A stretch of 63,409 nucleotides of DNA, counting the filler, from Octopus bimaculoides (lineage: Eukaryota): the NCBI RefSeq assembly GCF_001194135.2. It is 7 parts of 5 records of this genome, joined end to end, with 100 filler letters (N's around TTAATTAATTAA, not from the genome) between each part and the next. Parts side by side here need not be neighbours in the genome. Positions count along the whole stretch, not along the records: positions 32,556 to 57,244 come from NC_068984.1; positions 57,345 to 59,866 come from NW_026305513.1; positions 59,967 to 63,409 come from NC_068982.1; 4 more parts are not named here. One strand, given 5' to 3'. The translations under genes were made by a program, and so were the position numbers. Each line of letters begins with the position of its first letter. Within the stretch, counting starts at the first letter, position 1. Positions 51,790 through 63,387 of the stretch are shown here, in pieces. The notes beneath the pieces are model-generated. The model did no database searches, was not told the DNA's origin, and saw only the letters and a list, made by a program, of their open reading frames with translations.

Positions 51790-51796
51790 TTAATGT
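51790..51796 (-). CDS. Candidate terminal coding exon (adds H and stop)
   Basis: Strong acceptor gcatcttttcttcag|A CAT TAA in the required phase 2, with AATAAA overlapping the stop. Confidence 0.35.
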
Positions 51797-51972
51797 CTGA
51801 AGAAAAGATGCGGGTTTGAAGAAAATAATGTGTATATACAGAGAAGGAAAGAGGGAGAGGGGAGAGAGAAAAGGAGGGGGAAGAGAAAAGGGAGAGGGAA
51901 GAGAGAAAAGGAGGGGGAAGAGAGAAGGGAGAGAAAGAAATACTAAATAACATAATAAATATAAATACTTAC

Positions 51973-54177
51973 TTAGGATCAACAAATTGTTTTGTCATCT
52001 GTTTATCAGGAAATGTAACAAATATTTCCTTCTTTGGAATTGGCGGAAGCATTGATTTGGTTTGGGTTGTGGGAGGATATTGTTGGTTTTCTGTTGGTGC
52101 CTTTTCCTTCATATCTACTTTTAAGGCCCTTGCCACTGTAGATGGTGAGGGGGGCTGTTTTACCCCCAGAGGCAGCGCCAGAGGAGTTTTCGGTGATCTT
52201 GGTGCTCTTTTGGTCGGTGTGTTACTGTCAACATGTTTCAATGGTGTCTTCACTTGGAAACTGTTGTCTACATTCTCAGGGTTGTATTGTCCCTGCGGTT
52301 CAGCTCTTGCACTTGAAGAGCTGTAGCTATTACGACAGAAGTTGTGCCTTTGTTCTTGGTTGCTGTACTCGGTGGAGTATGCTGTCATGTGGTTTCCTTG
52401 TTGGGGTTGGGCATTGTTGTGACCTTGTAAGTGTTGAGTGCCCATTTGAGGCACATTAGGGGAGTAACCCTCAAACTGATTATTGCCATTTTGCATAGGG
52501 TATGAGCTGTAATCACCAGTTGAATATTGCTCCATTTTTGTAGGAGAATAGGCACTGTAACCCTGAGCATTGAAGTTTGTGGCTTTCTGGTCAAGACCTT
52601 TCATATTTTGATTTGAATTAATTCTTTGTTGGTGTGGGGAATGGCCGGTTCCAATGGACTGTGTACCCATGTGAGGAGAAGGTGTGCGATGATACTTGTT
52701 TGCTGTATACTGTGCCTTTGTTGAAGAAGGCATGTTACTTGTAGGAGAATGCTGCATGTGTCTGCCTGGTGAAGAAGGAATCTGGGACAGAGGAGACCCA
52801 GTACCAGGTACTCTTGGGGAATTTGTCACATTTGCAGAAGGCTGTGACATGGGAAGATCTTCAGTATAAGCATAGGGATACTCTTGTTCTTGCATTGGAG
52901 TGTCATAATATTCTGGAGGATATCTCTGGTCAACAACTGGTGGCATATCCCTACCATATCCATCGTGTTCTTGCATATAATCTTCATTGTTTACATTCCT
53001 TGGTGATGTGGAACCTTTTCGAGTTCGAGACCTGCTTCTGTGAGACCCAGGAGAATGTTGCATTGCAGCATTCCTGTTTGATTGGTGAGTATAGGGGCTG
53101 TTATCTAAGTCTGAATCTCTTTGGGGGTTTTCTGTTTGGTAGAAATCATTGGCACTTGGAGGATAACCTCCTGATCCTTGGTTTGAACCTGGAGTACCAT
53201 AATTCTGAGCCGAGTGTGGAGATTGCCGACCATGTAGTTGAGTGTGGTCAGTTGGTAAACTAGGACGCCTGTGGCCATGTGACTGCTGTGGAGAGTTATA
53301 ATAATTATCAGGCTGGTTGTATTCTTCCTCATACATACAATGGTCATATTGTTCTTGTTGAAAGGTGGGTTCCCTCTCAGTTTCATGTGGGTAATATTGG
53401 TCAGATTGCTGATAAGGCACAGGATTTTGTTGAGGGGAACCGCCGGGCTTTTGACCATGATGTACAGAAGAGGCATGTGGACTATATTGAGGCTGATGTG
53501 AGGTAGTGTTCAAATTTGTGTGTTTGGGAGATGGTGAGTTGGTGTGACTGTGTGGAGTTTGCAAAGAAGAAGGATAGGGTTGGGAAGGTGCTTGGTGCTT
53601 TGGAGATGGATAAGCATCCCTAGTTAAAGTTTGTGATACCAGTTTTGAGTGGGGGGGAGAGCTTGGACGTGGGGGTGGTGATGAAGGAGTGGCCATATGT
53701 TGCGGGGAACGATTATAAAAATCAGGATTGGGTTGAGGGCTTTGTGATTGAGGAATATTTTTTGGAACATCATCAGGTAAGGAGATCTGAGGTGAAATAT
53801 TTGTAGGGCTTCCCTGGCTCCGTTGATATAAATGGTTATCAGGCAGTGGGGTGGAAGAGCCATTCAAATTTCCTCTGGGACCAGTTTCAGGGTCTTTTAC
53901 CAGGCCAGTTTGAATGGGTTGGGGTTTGTTTGACTGGTTTGTTGTTTGGCCCTTGTTTGATGCTGAAGTATATTCAGCTTTACTTTCAGGGGTCTGATTT
54001 CTGTTTGGATCTGTTAACATTTGGTTTTGTGGCAAAGAAGTGGGTTTTCCTGCAACAGGAGCTGGTGTGGTCTTTAGAGATGGTTTGCTGGGAGTTCCAT
54101 TTTCTCGTCTTGGGGATGATTTTTTCACCTTTCCCTTCATCACGATTACTGAACCCTTTTTAGGGGAAAGGGATTTT
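51973..54177 (-). CDS. Giant internal exon, 2,205 nt / 735 codons, Pro/Ser/Gln/Tyr/His-rich and probably disordered; gene unidentified
   Basis: Uninterrupted ORF in a repeat-rich region. Acceptor tttttcctttttcag| and donor CCTAA|gtaagt, phase 2-2. 28 SP dipeptides by manual count, no Trp. Confidence 0.9.
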
Positions 54178-54767
54178 CTGAAAAAGGAAAAAATAAAAAT
54201 AAATAAATAAACAAGGAGTTGCATTATTTCACATGGAGATAATTTGTTACAAAATAACATTTAGGAAATAAGATCTTTATGAAATTGGAAGTATAAAATA
54301 TGAAATAAGAAAATCTGAGAAGCTCAGAGATTCAATGAGGGCCCAGGGTTGTAGTTTCAACACCCAACTAACATATTGTGGAATATACGTATATAAAACA
54401 TAGAGATGTATGTATGCAGTGGAAAACTTGGTCTAAAAATATTGGTTGCCAGGAGACTAAGGGGTCCTACCCACAACTACAAAAGGGGCCCACCTGCAAC
54501 TACAATGCTATCATTTAATTGTTTTTTTTTGTTTTGTTAAAGGTATTCTTTTTAACTGTCTACAAACACAGCCAGGCTGAAATAATTAATGCATTCTTCC
54601 AGGAGTGAATAAAATATTCTGAAACTTGGAGGGATGGGCCCCTTAGATACTAACATGGGACCCCATATATGGATTCTAATGGCACAGAGGCTCACTTGCC
54701 ATTGGGCAAGCTGGCAACCTGGCCAGTCCACGATTGTATGTATGTATGTTTGTATCTATTTATACAT

Positions 54768-54812
<45 letters not shown>

Positions 54813-54934
54813 GACGGTTTAGATATAGATTCAAGGTTGAATATGGTACTTATGCGTAGGCACCCGAATATCGCATCTCAAAAGGATAGGTGATTAAAAT
54901 CAAAAAATAAGCAACACGGATTTCAAAGGTGATT

Positions 54935-55021
54935 GCAGTACGCACGTTTCATGCTACTTCAATTTATTTAAGTAGTGCTAGCATTACTTTAAATGCAATA
55001 TGAAGAGCAATCTTCAGCTGC
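54935..55021 (-). ncRNA. Type I HHR on the sense strand of the host intron
   Basis: GCAG-CTGAAGA-T-TGC...GCA-T-GAAA-CGTGCG-TA-CTGC. 4-bp stem I, intact core, self-complementary ACGUGCGU, U.U at the base of stem II. Confidence 0.65.
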
Positions 55022-55466
55022 ACGAAAATGCAGAAAAAATTACTGTAGAAAAGACATTATAAATGTGGCAACATTTCAAATCCAAGTGGGAGAGAGAATA
55101 CATATATATATATATACACATATGTATATATACATGTATATACATATATTTGCATACGTATGTATATACATATATGTATATATATGTGTGTGTGTGTGTG
55201 TATGCATGTGTGGGTGTATATGTGCATGCATGCGTGTGTGTGTGTATGTGCATGCATGTGCATGTGTGTGATAGAAACAATGTTCTCTTTTAGTTTGATG
55301 CAAATTTCAATAAGGTTACTGCTAATCTAGTTATTTAACCCTTGGTGAATCTTAATCAAGCATGTTTTGATCAAAGACATTCCAGCCTATCTTTTTTAAA
55401 GGAGTGTCTACCAATTCCTTATGTAATATATAACCTTTCACTTCTGGTGTCTTTCGAGTTGTGGAG

Positions 55467-55553
55467 CATCCTGATGAGGGGAGTGTCTGGTTCATTTAAA
55501 ATATGAAATTCATCTCATATTAACTGACATGCCTCCGAAACGGCCCGTCGATG
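55467..55553 (+). ncRNA. Type I HHR with a fully canonical core (best candidate)
   Basis: CATC-CTGATGA-GGGG..TGTC(loop)GACA..CTCC-GAAA-CG(GCC)CG-TC-GATG. G10.1-C11.1 pair, GUC triplet at 55547-55549. Confidence 0.8.
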
Positions 55554-56165
55554 AAACTTTTAGATCCATTGAACATTGTCTCTAACTTTAGTACGTCCGT
55601 ATAATGCTTTAAAATGTCTGACTCTCTACTTAGCACACACTTTGTGTTGTAACTTGAAATCTTTAGTCCTTGTAACATATCCTATGAACTTATAATTTAC
55701 AATATCCTATTTCATATCGACGTATTGTATTTTAAAATGCCTATGTATTCATAAATGTTTTTTTATATATTTTTAAATATCTAAGTATTTTTAAATATTC
55801 TAAGTGCTTGTATTCTGACCTCTAAATTTTTATTCCTCTATAGGGTTAGGGTTAGGTTTATATAACTCACTATGTTTTATATAATATTGACATTTTTATA
55901 TCTTATTATATGTATCTTTTGTACTTATTTTACTTACATATTTTAAAAAATGCTTATGTATTTATAAATGTTTTTAGATATTTTTAGATATTTGCGGGCT
56001 TATAAAAATCTGTATATGTCTATATGCTTGTATGTCATTAATACTTCTATTAAGTTGAGCTTTATGTTGCTTTATTAATGTCGAAGTAAGAGTACATATA
56101 TATTGAATATTCTGCTGGATAATAGGTTATGTTCCTCTAGTTTTCCACTCGTATTGCTTCCACTG

Positions 56166-56226
<61 letters not shown>

Positions 56227-56256
56227 AAATAAGCAACAAGGATATCCAGAGGTAAT

Positions 56257-56340
56257 GCAGTATGATTGTTTCAAGCAACTCCATTTAATTGAACAATGCA
56301 ATCATTACATCAATTTAAATGCAGAGCAATCCTCAGCTGT
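56257..56340 (-). ncRNA. Decayed HHR, same family as 54935-55021
   Basis: CAG-CTGAGGA-TTGC...GCTT-GAAA-CAATCA-TA-CTG. The flanks also align with 54895-55030. Confidence 0.5.
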
Positions 56341-56618
56341 ACAAAGACATAGAATTTAATTAAATTAAAACAGATGGACACATTAGTATAATTTTACCTA
56401 AAATCTCTAAGGTAAGGAGATAGGCAAAGAACATGCTGCCTTCATCCACTATGATTTCTGCTGGGTGATGAGTGTGTCTCTAGACTTCTTCAGAGGGTCT
56501 AAGTGGTTAGGAGGGTCAATACATATAATCAACAGTTAACAATAGGTACAGTGTATTTGTCATTATTGTAAAGGGCAGAAAAAGAATAGGAGCAAACATG
56601 AGGCTGTGAGAGAAGTAC

Positions 56619-56715
56619 TTGCTCCTATTCTTCTTCTGAAGAGATGGAGATGGCATGGAGGATTTTGCTGCCTCTTGGCAGAAACGACTGTAAGGAACTG
56701 ATCTTTTGCTCTCTT
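56619..56715 (-). CDS. 97-nt coding exon (ESKRSVPYSRFCQEAAKSSMPSPSLQKKNRS) upstream of the giant exon
   Basis: attacag| acceptor and AA|gtactt donor. Its phase-2 end matches the giant exon's phase-2 acceptor. Confidence 0.55.
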
Positions 56716-57364
56716 CTGTAATATTAATACATGTGTGTGAACACATAGTTACAACATGTGTATGACACACTGGAATATCTACCGGTTAATGTATGTCATT
56801 TTTGTATCTTCTTCATTTTCTTTTTTGCCGTATGAATTAAGGGTAAACCACTTTTTACCCCCGACCATATATAACACTCAATTGCAAGATTGCCACGCAA
56901 TAACCAGCATTTGAGTATGAATAATTGGGTACACTACCAGCAGTATATTGGATAGGTACTATCCCTTAGGTGGTTGGTTTCCCAACCTCTCTCACACAAA
57001 TATATATATATATATATATATTTATTTATTTATTTATTTATGTGTTTCAGCCTAGTGGCTGCGGTCAGGGACAAAATCCAAAATTACAGGTAAAAAACTC
57101 AATTAAAATCAATTTATAAAAAATTAATATTAAATTGAGCCTTATAGATAAAGTATATATAAAATATATAGTTTTAGGGAAAATAACCAATTTTCAAGAA
57201 CTCATCGATGAAAATCCACTATCACATATAGAAAAATTAATAATNNNNNNNNNNNNNNNNNNNNNNNNNNNNNNNNNNNNNNNNNNNNTTAATTAATTAA
57301 NNNNNNNNNNNNNNNNNNNNNNNNNNNNNNNNNNNNNNNNNNNNTATATATATATATATATATA

Positions 57365-58309
57365 TCGGGTCATCCCATAAATAATGCGGTTTTTTAATTC
57401 TTTTCTTTTATTCAGAATTAAGATAAACAAAGTTCTTTATAAATCTAAAATATACTCCATCCATTTTCTCCAATGCTCTTCCATCTATCTGGAAGACTTG
57501 CAAGACCCCTCTTCCAAAATTCATTTGTCTGTGACGAAAAATTCTTCTCCAGTACTGTTCTGAACTCGTCTACAGAATTCATATTTTTTCCGTTTAAAAG
57601 ATTTTAAAGACTGCGGCACAAATGATAATTAGATAGGGCAATGTCCAGTGAATATGGTGAGTGGGGCATTGTTTCTCATTCAAACTTCTCCAGCCTTTGG
57701 AATGTCATTCTCGCTGTATGTGGCCGAGCATTATGATCCTGATGGAAGAACTCCATTCGTCTTGAAACCAAAGATGGTCGTTTTTCTTCTAGCGCTGACT
57801 TGAATGACAGGTTGAGTGACCAAATCCAAGCTTCTCTGCCCATCAACAGGCACAACGGGATTTTGTTCCACCAGTGTTTATAGGACGTCCTTGTCAAGCT
57901 CTACAGATCTTCCAGGACGAGGCTCGTCTTCTAGGCTGTAGTATCCGGCTTGGAATATCTAGAACCACCGTTGGCTCTAGCTTACACTTATTGTCTGATT
58001 CCCATATACTGCATTAATATTCCTCGCACTTTCCATGGCGTTGTTGTCTTTATTGAACTCATATAATATGCCGAATATGCTCCTTTGCAAAATATGCCCA
58101 ATATGTTCCTTTGTCAGCTCCATCATAGCTTTAAAAAAAATAACTTAAAATCGAACTGCACTCTTCAAAACGTGCACTAAGAATAAAGACAGTGTAAAAT
58201 TACTACCTGCTTTTATAGCAAGTTGATGCAGGGAGTTTATCCCGCCCCACTCCGACTTTTAGTTCATGCAATTGAAAAAAAAACCCGCATTATTCATGGG
58301 ATGACCCAA
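57365..58309 (-). mobile_element. mariner element with both TIRs, internally deleted (945 bp)
   Basis: TA|TCGGGTCATCCCATAAATAATGCGG ... CCGCATTATTCATGGGATGACCCAA|TA. HTH and C-terminal DDD remnants remain; the middle is missing. Confidence 0.9.
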
Positions 58310-58318
58310 TATATATGT

Positions 58319-58584
58319 TCTTTTATTTTTACGCGTTTCAGTCATTTCACTGCGGCCATGCTGAAGCACTACCTTAAATGGTTTTTTTAGTCGAAGAAAT
58401 CGACTCAGGACTTATTCTTTGTAAGCCTAGTACTTATTCTATCGGTATTTTTTGCCGAACCGCTAAGTTACGGGGACGTAAACACACCAACATCGGTTGC
58501 CAAGCGATGGTTGGTGGACAAACACACATACGCATCAATATATACATACAACCTGAGATTATTGTAGAAGACTCTTGGCCAGTT
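58319..58584 (-). mobile_element. SINE family B tail
   Basis: Matches the family B tail. Runs into a gap. Confidence 0.75.
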
Positions 58585-59579
58585 GNNNNNNNNNNNNNNN
58601 NNNNNNNNNNNNNNNNNNNNNNNNNNNNNNNNNNNNNNNNNNNNNNNNNNNNNNNNNNNNNNNNNNNNNNNNNNNNNNNNNNNNNNNNNNNNNNNNNNNN
58701 NNNNNNNNNNNNNNNNNNNNNNNNNNNNNNNNNNNNNNNNNNNNNNNNNNNNNNNNNNNNNNNNNNNNNNNNNNNNNNNNNNNNNNNNNNNNNNNNNNNN
58801 NNNNNNNNNNNNNNNNNNNNNNNNNNNNNNNNNNNNNNNNNNNNNNNNNNNNNNNNNNNNNNNNNNNNNNNNNNNNNNNNNNNNNNNNNNNNNNNNNNNN
58901 NNNNNNNNNNNNNNNNNNNNNNNNNNNNNNNNNNNNNNNNNNNNNNNNNNNNNNNNNNNNNNNNNNNNNNNNNNNNNNNNNNNNNNNNNNNNNNNNNNNN
59001 NNNNNNNNNNNNNNNNNNNNNNNNNNNNNNNNNNNNNNNNNNNNNNNNNNNNNNNNNNNNNNNNNNNNNNNNNNNNNNNNNNNNNNNNNNNNNNNNNNNN
59101 NNNNNNNNNNNNNNNNNNNNNNNNNNNNNNNNNNNNNNNNNNNNNNNNNNNNNNNNNNNNNNNNNNNNNNNNNNNNNNNNNNNNNNNNNNNNNNNNNNNN
59201 NNNNNNNNNNNNNNNNNNNNNNNNNNNNNNNNNNNNNNNNNNNNNNNNNNNNNNNNNNNNNNNNNNNNNNNNNNNNNNNNNNNNNNNNNNNNNNNNNNNN
59301 NNNNNNNNNNNNNNNNNNNNNNNNNNNNNNNNNNNNNNNNNNNNNNNNNNNNNNNNNNNNNNNNNNNNNNNNNNNNNNNNNNNNNNNNNNNNNNNNNNNN
59401 NNNNNNNNNNNNNNNNNNNNNTGTGTGTGTGTGTGTGTGTGCATGTACGTGTGTGTGTAGAATAGTAAATCTAGCCGCACTACTTTAAAGTATGATTGTT
59501 TTAGTCTGTTGTGACCAACTCATACAACGTTAGTTTCTACGCGTTCATTAAAATTTCGGAATCTCGTAAGCAGTTGTAA

Positions 59580-59611
<32 letters not shown>

Positions 59612-59966
59612 TGATTGTTTTTTGTATTGCACTAAAATAGATTCCAGCAGTTCGAAATGCCCTTGCTATCGATAGTACTTCAACCAGTAAGGTGGGAGAC
59701 TTGAACTCGGGATGCAAAGAACCGGAACAGATAACAAATTCGATAATCCACTGACCTGGTCTGATGTTTAATTTATCGATCCCGAAAACATGAAACGCTT
59801 GAAGCAAATTGAGTGAGGCATTGTATCGCACAATCTAATGGCTCACACATTTTACCACTTTAGCTANNNNNNNNNNNNNNNNNNNNNNNNNNNNNNNNNN
59901 NNNNNNNNNNTTAATTAATTAANNNNNNNNNNNNNNNNNNNNNNNNNNNNNNNNNNNNNNNNNNNN

Positions 59967-60590
59967 TTACATCGACCCCAGTGCGTAACTGGTACTTCAT
60001 TTATCGACCCCGAAAGGATGAAAGACAAAGTCAACCTCGGTGGAATTTGAACTCAGAACGTAACGGCAGACAAAATACCACTAAGCATTTCGCCCGGCGT
60101 GCTAACGTTTCTGCCAACTCACCGCTTTAATGATTCTGCCAGCTCGCAGCCTTCGGCATTGGATGATATTAGTTTCAAATTTGGTACAAGGCCAGCAAGT
60201 TTCGGGGAGAGCATAAATTGATTACATTGATCGACCCTCAATACTCAGCTGGTACTAATTTTATCCACCTTAAAAGAATGAAGGGCAAAGTCGACCTCGG
60301 CGGAATTTGAACTCAGAACGTAAAGTTGCACGAAATGTCGCTAAGCATTATTCCAGCTCGCCGTCTTCAACATTGGATAATGTTCTTTTCTACTATAGGC
60401 ACAAGACCTGAAATTTGGGGGAGGGGACTAGTCGAATATATCGACCCCAGTATTTCACTGGTTCTTAATTTATCGATCCCGAGAGGATGAAAGGCAAAGT
60501 CGACAGAATTTGAAATCAGAACGTAACAACGTGCGAAATACTGCTGAGTATTTTGACCGATATGCTAATGATTCTGCCAGCTCGCCTCTT
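59967..60590 (-). mobile_element. Cluster of three SINE family A copies
   Basis: Copies at 59967-60126, 60170-60365 and 60380-60590. Confidence 0.85.
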
Positions 60591-61048
60591 TAACATTAGA
60601 TCGTATTAGTAAATTTAAGCTACTATTAGGATTTTCACTTTTAAGATTTGATCAGACAGGAAGGGCAGTAGCAGCTACCATTTTACTGATTCGCTGAGAC
60701 TGTTTCGAGAAAAAGAAGAAATTATGATCAAAACTGAAACTTGCGCTGGATGCTTCCCACGGAGGACTCTCTGGAGGCAGGCGGTGGTGTTAAGGAGAAA
60801 TTAATGATGTAATCAGCAGTAAGCGTTAACAGGACATCGGTCTCACTACTAGATGGTTCATTGAGGCACAGCCTGCCAGCTGTATTGAGCTACGTGGTTG
60901 AATCCTTGCTGAACACACCTATCGTTGAAACAGATCGATTGGAGGTTCAACAGTGTCGAGCATCTCAGCTATGTTCAGCTGTATAGCTGAATCTAAATCT
61001 CATGCAGATTAGCTCATGTCCTTTGTGTGTGTACGTGTGTGTGTGAGT

Positions 61049-61087
<39 letters not shown>

Positions 61088-61097
61088 NNNNNNNNNN

Positions 61098-61135
<38 letters not shown>

Positions 61136-61248
61136 ATGTGCGTGTGTGTGTGCGTGTGTGTGTGAGTGTGTGTGTGCTTGCATGTATGTACATACATATG
61201 TGCACATAAATATACATACATAGATTTACACACACATATATATATACG

Positions 61249-61357
<109 letters not shown>

Positions 61358-61550
61358 GCGCATACGCTCACATACATATATACATGTATGTGCGTACTTG
61401 TGTGTATTTACATGTATGAGCAAGATTCCGTCATTGTGTATGCGTGAAAGAGGAAGAGGGAGAGGGAGATTTTAGGTCTACGGTTTGTTTCACACGACTA
61501 ATTCTTTACTATTAGACCAAGAAGAAATCAAACATAACAGTAGATAGATC

Positions 61551-61617
<67 letters not shown>

Positions 61618-61938
61618 TGATTAATTAATTATTATTCATTCGGATAGCATATCAGACCGACAGCGATGTAGCAGTGTAGCCAGCCTATAAACCAACCCAG
61701 CAAAGCAACAGCTTAACAAGCGAAAAACAGAGACATACAAGCAGACGATAATTAATATATCGAAATGCTATTTAAAAAAGAATTAAGAAATTTTATTATT
61801 CAGCTCCCAGAATAAAGAACTAAGTCTGTGTCTCCGTCACTGTATCTAACTAGCTAGCTGACGAATTAGCTACATACCAGCCTATCTATCGTTATATCTG
61901 TCAACCTAACATTCTAGTTATCTTTCTTACTCCCGATT

Positions 61939-62198
61939 ATGTGGTTCCCAACCGGGATCTACATGGCTTTTGTGGGCCCATAAATTTATGTGTAATGAAT
62001 TGGTTATATTTCTACAATACACAAAACATTTTTTTTTGTAAAATTCTTAATGATATTTAACTATACAAGTACATTAAATTTTATATACACGATATATATA
62101 TATATATATATATATACACAATAAATGGCTATGGAGGCCCAGTAGAGTAAAATAGGAATCAAATGGGTCCATAGACAAAATATGGTTTAGAACCACTG
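61939..62198. mobile_element. hAT-like MITE
   Basis: Imperfect TIRs GTGGTTCCCAACC / GGTTTAGAACCACTG. Confidence 0.55.
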
Positions 62199-62668
62199 AT
62201 CTAGATGTATGTTCCATTTGTGTGTGTGTATGTATCTACATATCCATATGTTTGTCTATCTCTCAGTGTGTCTATAAAAGTACTCTCACTCAGCCCTGTC
62301 TTTAAACTTCTCTCTGCCTCTCTCACTCTCTCCTTTTCTCTCTTCCTCCTCTCTCTCCCTATCTCTCCTTTTCTCCGTCCCTCCCTCTCTCTCTCTCTTT
62401 CTTCCTTTCCTGAGCGTCCAATAACTAAGTACTAGTACCACGTTCTAGCGTTGTTTTTTCTTACTTGTTCTTGTTTGGACTGACTATATATGTGTGTATG
62501 TGTGTGTGTGTTTGTTTGTGTGTATGTGTGTGCGTGTGTATACCTATATATATACATACACGCACATACATATATATAAATAAATAAAACCAGAACAAAC
62601 ACAAAAAAATCAATGCGAGAACGTGGTACAAAAGTATTAGCAGACGCTAGGGGAAGGAAAGAAAGGTG

Positions 62669-62703
62669 GTTTTACGTTTCGAGCAAAGTTCTTCTTCAAA
62701 AAC
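62669..62703 (-). ncRNA. Minimal HHR, decayed (left arm)
   Basis: GTTT-TTGAAGA-A-GAAC(TTT)GCTC-GAAA-CG-TA-AAAC. C3U and one mismatch in stem II. Confidence 0.55.
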
Positions 62704-62769
62704 AGGAGCAGAGGAAAGGTGATATTTTTTCCTCCGTCTTCCTTTTCTATTGGATTTCCCATGTCTCCT

Positions 62770-62804
62770 GTTTCTGAAGAAGAGCTTTGCTCGAAATGTA
62801 AAAC
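62770..62804 (+). ncRNA. Minimal HHR, nearly intact (right arm)
   Basis: GTTT-CTGAAGA-A-GAGC(TTT)GCTC-GAAA-TG-TA-AAAC. Intact core, stem I and stem II. Zero-loop stem III, GUA triplet. Confidence 0.7.
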
Positions 62805-63064
62805 CACCTTTTTTTCCTTCCCTGCGCATCTGATAATATTTTGTATGTACCACGTCCTCGCGTTGTATTTTTTTTTGCGTTTGTTTTTCGTTTTTTTTTT
62901 CTTTTTGGAGGATTTACCATTTATCGCACGCTCACACGGAGCCCCAGCCTTCCGAGTGACTTTGAAGTACCTGATTCGCGGAATTCTTTCTACCATCGGA
63001 TTACATTACCTTGTTCATTCGGAATACGCCATTTCTGCACTTTGATTGTGAATACATACATAGG

Positions 63065-63387
63065 AGCACTCCATCGGTTACAACGACGAGGGTCCCAGCT
63101 GATAAAATCAACGGAACAGCCTGCTCGTGAAATTAACGTGGAAGTGGCTGAGCACTCCACAGACACATGTACCCTTCTCGTAGCTTTCAGGCAGAATCAG
63201 CGTGACACAGAGCGTGATTAGGCTGGTCCTTTGAAATACAGGTACTACTCATTTTTGCTAGCTGAGTAGACTGGAGCAACGTGAAATAAAGTGTCTTGCT
63301 CGAGGACACAACGCGTCGCTGGGAATTGAACTCACGACTTTACGATCGTGAGCCGAATGCCCTAACCACTATGACACGCGCCTTCAC
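63065..63387 (-). mobile_element. tRNA-derived CORE-type SINE family E, full length
   Basis: tRNA-like head GTGAAGGCGCGTGTCATAGTGGTTAGGGCATTCGG...GAGTTCAATTCCC, followed by GTGTCCTCGAGCAAGACACTTTATTTCAC. Confidence 0.8.

Larger units (their letters stand above)
62586..62895. repeat. ~310-bp foldback with one HHR in each arm
   Basis: 62615-62715 aligns in reverse complement with 62757-62861, and the match extends into the flanking A/T-rich tracts. Confidence 0.85.

Noticed and set aside
52057-54163. Plus-strand and alternative-frame ORFs overlapping the giant exon
   Set aside because: Shadow ORFs of a low-complexity coding exon, with no independent splice or start support.
55841-55857. TAGGGTTAGGGTTAGGT as an interstitial telomere
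   Set aside because: Fewer than three units, which is common by chance or inside TEs.
56397-56490. Extra minus-strand exon between the 97-nt and giant exons
   Set aside because: The candidate acceptors give stops or incompatible phases.
63310-63387. tRNA genes at SINE heads (here and in families A and B)
   Set aside because: The heads continue into SINE bodies and lack a complete cloverleaf with acceptor stem.
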